Positions 25,716 through 26,717 of a DNA stretch of 26,717 nucleotides are shown in pieces. The DNA is from an uncultured Rhodobacterales bacterium (GTDB lineage Bacteria > Pseudomonadota > Alphaproteobacteria > Rhodobacterales > Rhodobacteraceae). Position 1 is the stretch's first letter. Each line of letters begins with the position of its first letter. The DNA is taken from assembly GCA_964489925.1 (NCBI GenBank), contig CAZBBZ010000002.1, positions 1 to 26,717 of the forward strand, read 5' to 3'. A model generated the notes under the pieces. It saw only the letters and a program-made list of their open reading frames with translations, was not told the DNA's origin and searched no databases. The position numbers and the translations under genes were made by a program.

Positions 25716-25768
25716 GAACACGTAAATAGATACATTTTTTCAACTAAAACAATTATGAAGTGTGCGCT

Positions 25769-26717
25769 ATGCATCTGAAATACAATAGAAAATCTATGTC
25801 TTTTCGGGTCATGCAACCATTGCTTGTATTGGCCGTTCTTGGGCTATCAGCATCGCAAACCAATGCACAAAGTGCGGCACAACTCGCACCTGATGGGTTT
25901 GCACCAGAGCTTCGGCAACTAGAGGGGTCGATAGAATTTTCTGGGGCGCCGGGGCTTTCCGCGCCGCCCGGTGCGGACCAACTTTTGGTGACCCTAAGTG
26001 ATGTAAACGTCACCGGCACGCTGGACGGCATGCAAGTTGTCACAGACGAAGTTTTTGCGTCCCTCATCGGTCAGAACGTGCGGGTCGTGGACATTTTTTC
26101 CTCCGCACAAGACCTTGAAGCCGCCTATGCAGCGGCTGGTTTTGTTCTGACGCGGGTTGTGCTTCCAGCACAGGATTTGCGCAATGGTGGCACCTTGCAG
26201 ATTTCTGTCGTCAACGGCTTTGTGGAGGCCATTGACGCAACAGATGTTCCCCCGGAAGTTCGGGATCGGCTGCTCGCGTTGACAGAGCCTTTGGTGGAAA
26301 AGGATTCGATCCGCCTAAGAGAACTTGAACGCCGCTTATTGATCGCTGGTGATACCTACGGCGTGGCTCTGGGATCGGCGCTATCAACAGGTGAGCGGCC
26401 CGGCGGAACGGTGATCGTGCTTGATCCGCAATATCGGAGCGTGACCGGCTTTGCCAGTATGAACAACCGCCTATCCGATCCGCTTGGAACTGTGCGCCTT
26501 GAGGCCGGGTTTGAAGTCAACTCGGCGTTCAAACAGGGCGAGGTGATCTATGGGCGGCTTTCTGGCTCGCCAGATTTGGTTTCCGCCGATCCCAAGATGC
26601 GCACGCTTGCGTTGGGTGGTGTTGTGCCGATTGGCATTGATGGTCTTTTGGCGAGCGTTGAGGGCACCACCAGCCAAACCAAGCCTGACACGATCGGTTT
26701 GGCCACCGAAAGCTCGT
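25769..26717 (+). CDS. ShlB/FhaC/HecB family two-partner secretion (TpsB, Omp85) transporter, 3' truncated
   Basis: Not in the ORF track because no stop lies in the window. Manual translation gives an open frame of 316 codons: signal peptide (MQPLLVLAVLGLSASQTNAQ), POTRA-like AQDLEAAYAAAGFVLTRVVLPAQDLRNGGTLQISVVNGFVE, a second POTRA (RELERRLLIAGD), then barrel strands (GFASMNNRLSDPLG...). Alternative starts at 25796 and 25811. Confidence 0.88.
   Translation, partial: MHLKYNRKSMSFRVMQPLLVLAVLGLSASQTNAQSAAQLAPDGFAPELRQLEGSIEFSGAPGLSAPPGADQLLVTLSDVNVTGTLDGMQVVTDEVFASLIGQNVRVVDIFSSAQDLEAAYAAAGFVLTRVVLPAQDLRNGGTLQISVVNGFVEAIDATDVPPEVRDRLLALTEPLVEKDSIRLRELERRLLIAGDTYGVALGSALSTGERPGGTVIVLDPQYRSVTGFASMNNRLSDPLGTVRLEAGFEVNSAFKQGEVIYGRLSGSPDLVSADPKMRTLALGGVVPIGIDGLLASVEGTTSQTKPDTIGLATESS

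Noticed and set aside
20442-25746. Shared 11-mer TTTTTCAACTA upstream of tssA (20443-20453) and tpsB (25736-25746)
   Set aside because: Low-complexity AT-rich word in opposite orientation relative to the two genes; chance is likely.
1-26717. CRISPR arrays, tRNA/rRNA genes, IS elements, integrases, T6SS effector-immunity pairs
   Set aside because: None recognisable; nearly all sequence is accounted for by intact CDSs and short gaps. The lipoprotein/caspase pair was considered as immunity/effector, but the caspase has its own export signal, which argues against T6SS cargo.

Overview
Alphaproteobacterial DNA, probably Rhodobacteraceae/Roseobacter group (inferred from the style of the pyrC/VOC/LysE proteins; roughly 55-60% GC by eye). 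The left 1.5 kb is housekeeping-type (3' end of pyrC, a VOC/glyoxalase gene, a LysE exporter). The rest is a type VI secretion system (T6SS) locus. On the minus strand: clpV/tssH, then tssA-tssB-tssC-hcp-tssE-tssF-tssG-tagH(fha)-tssJ-tssK-tssL(OmpA)-tssM-tagF. Divergently, a PpkA-like membrane Ser/Thr kinase with a probable periplasmic DUF4384 domain is followed by a ShlB/FhaC/HecB (TpsB) transporter gene that runs off the right edge and is missing from the supplied ORF track. Directly downstream of tagF, where pppA/ppkA often sit, is a two-gene unit: a TbpB-like beta-barrel lipoprotein and a signal-peptide-bearing caspase-family protease with an intact His/Cys dyad and a peptidoglycan-binding domain. 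No vgrG, PAAR, pppA, tagJ, tagQRST or recognisable effector/immunity pair is in the window. The most interesting candidate is an envelope-located caspase/lipoprotein/DUF4384-kinase accessory module around the T6SS; a lux-box-like palindrome sits at the centre of the divergent clpV/ppkA promoter. All family calls come from motif recognition by eye; no database searches were run.
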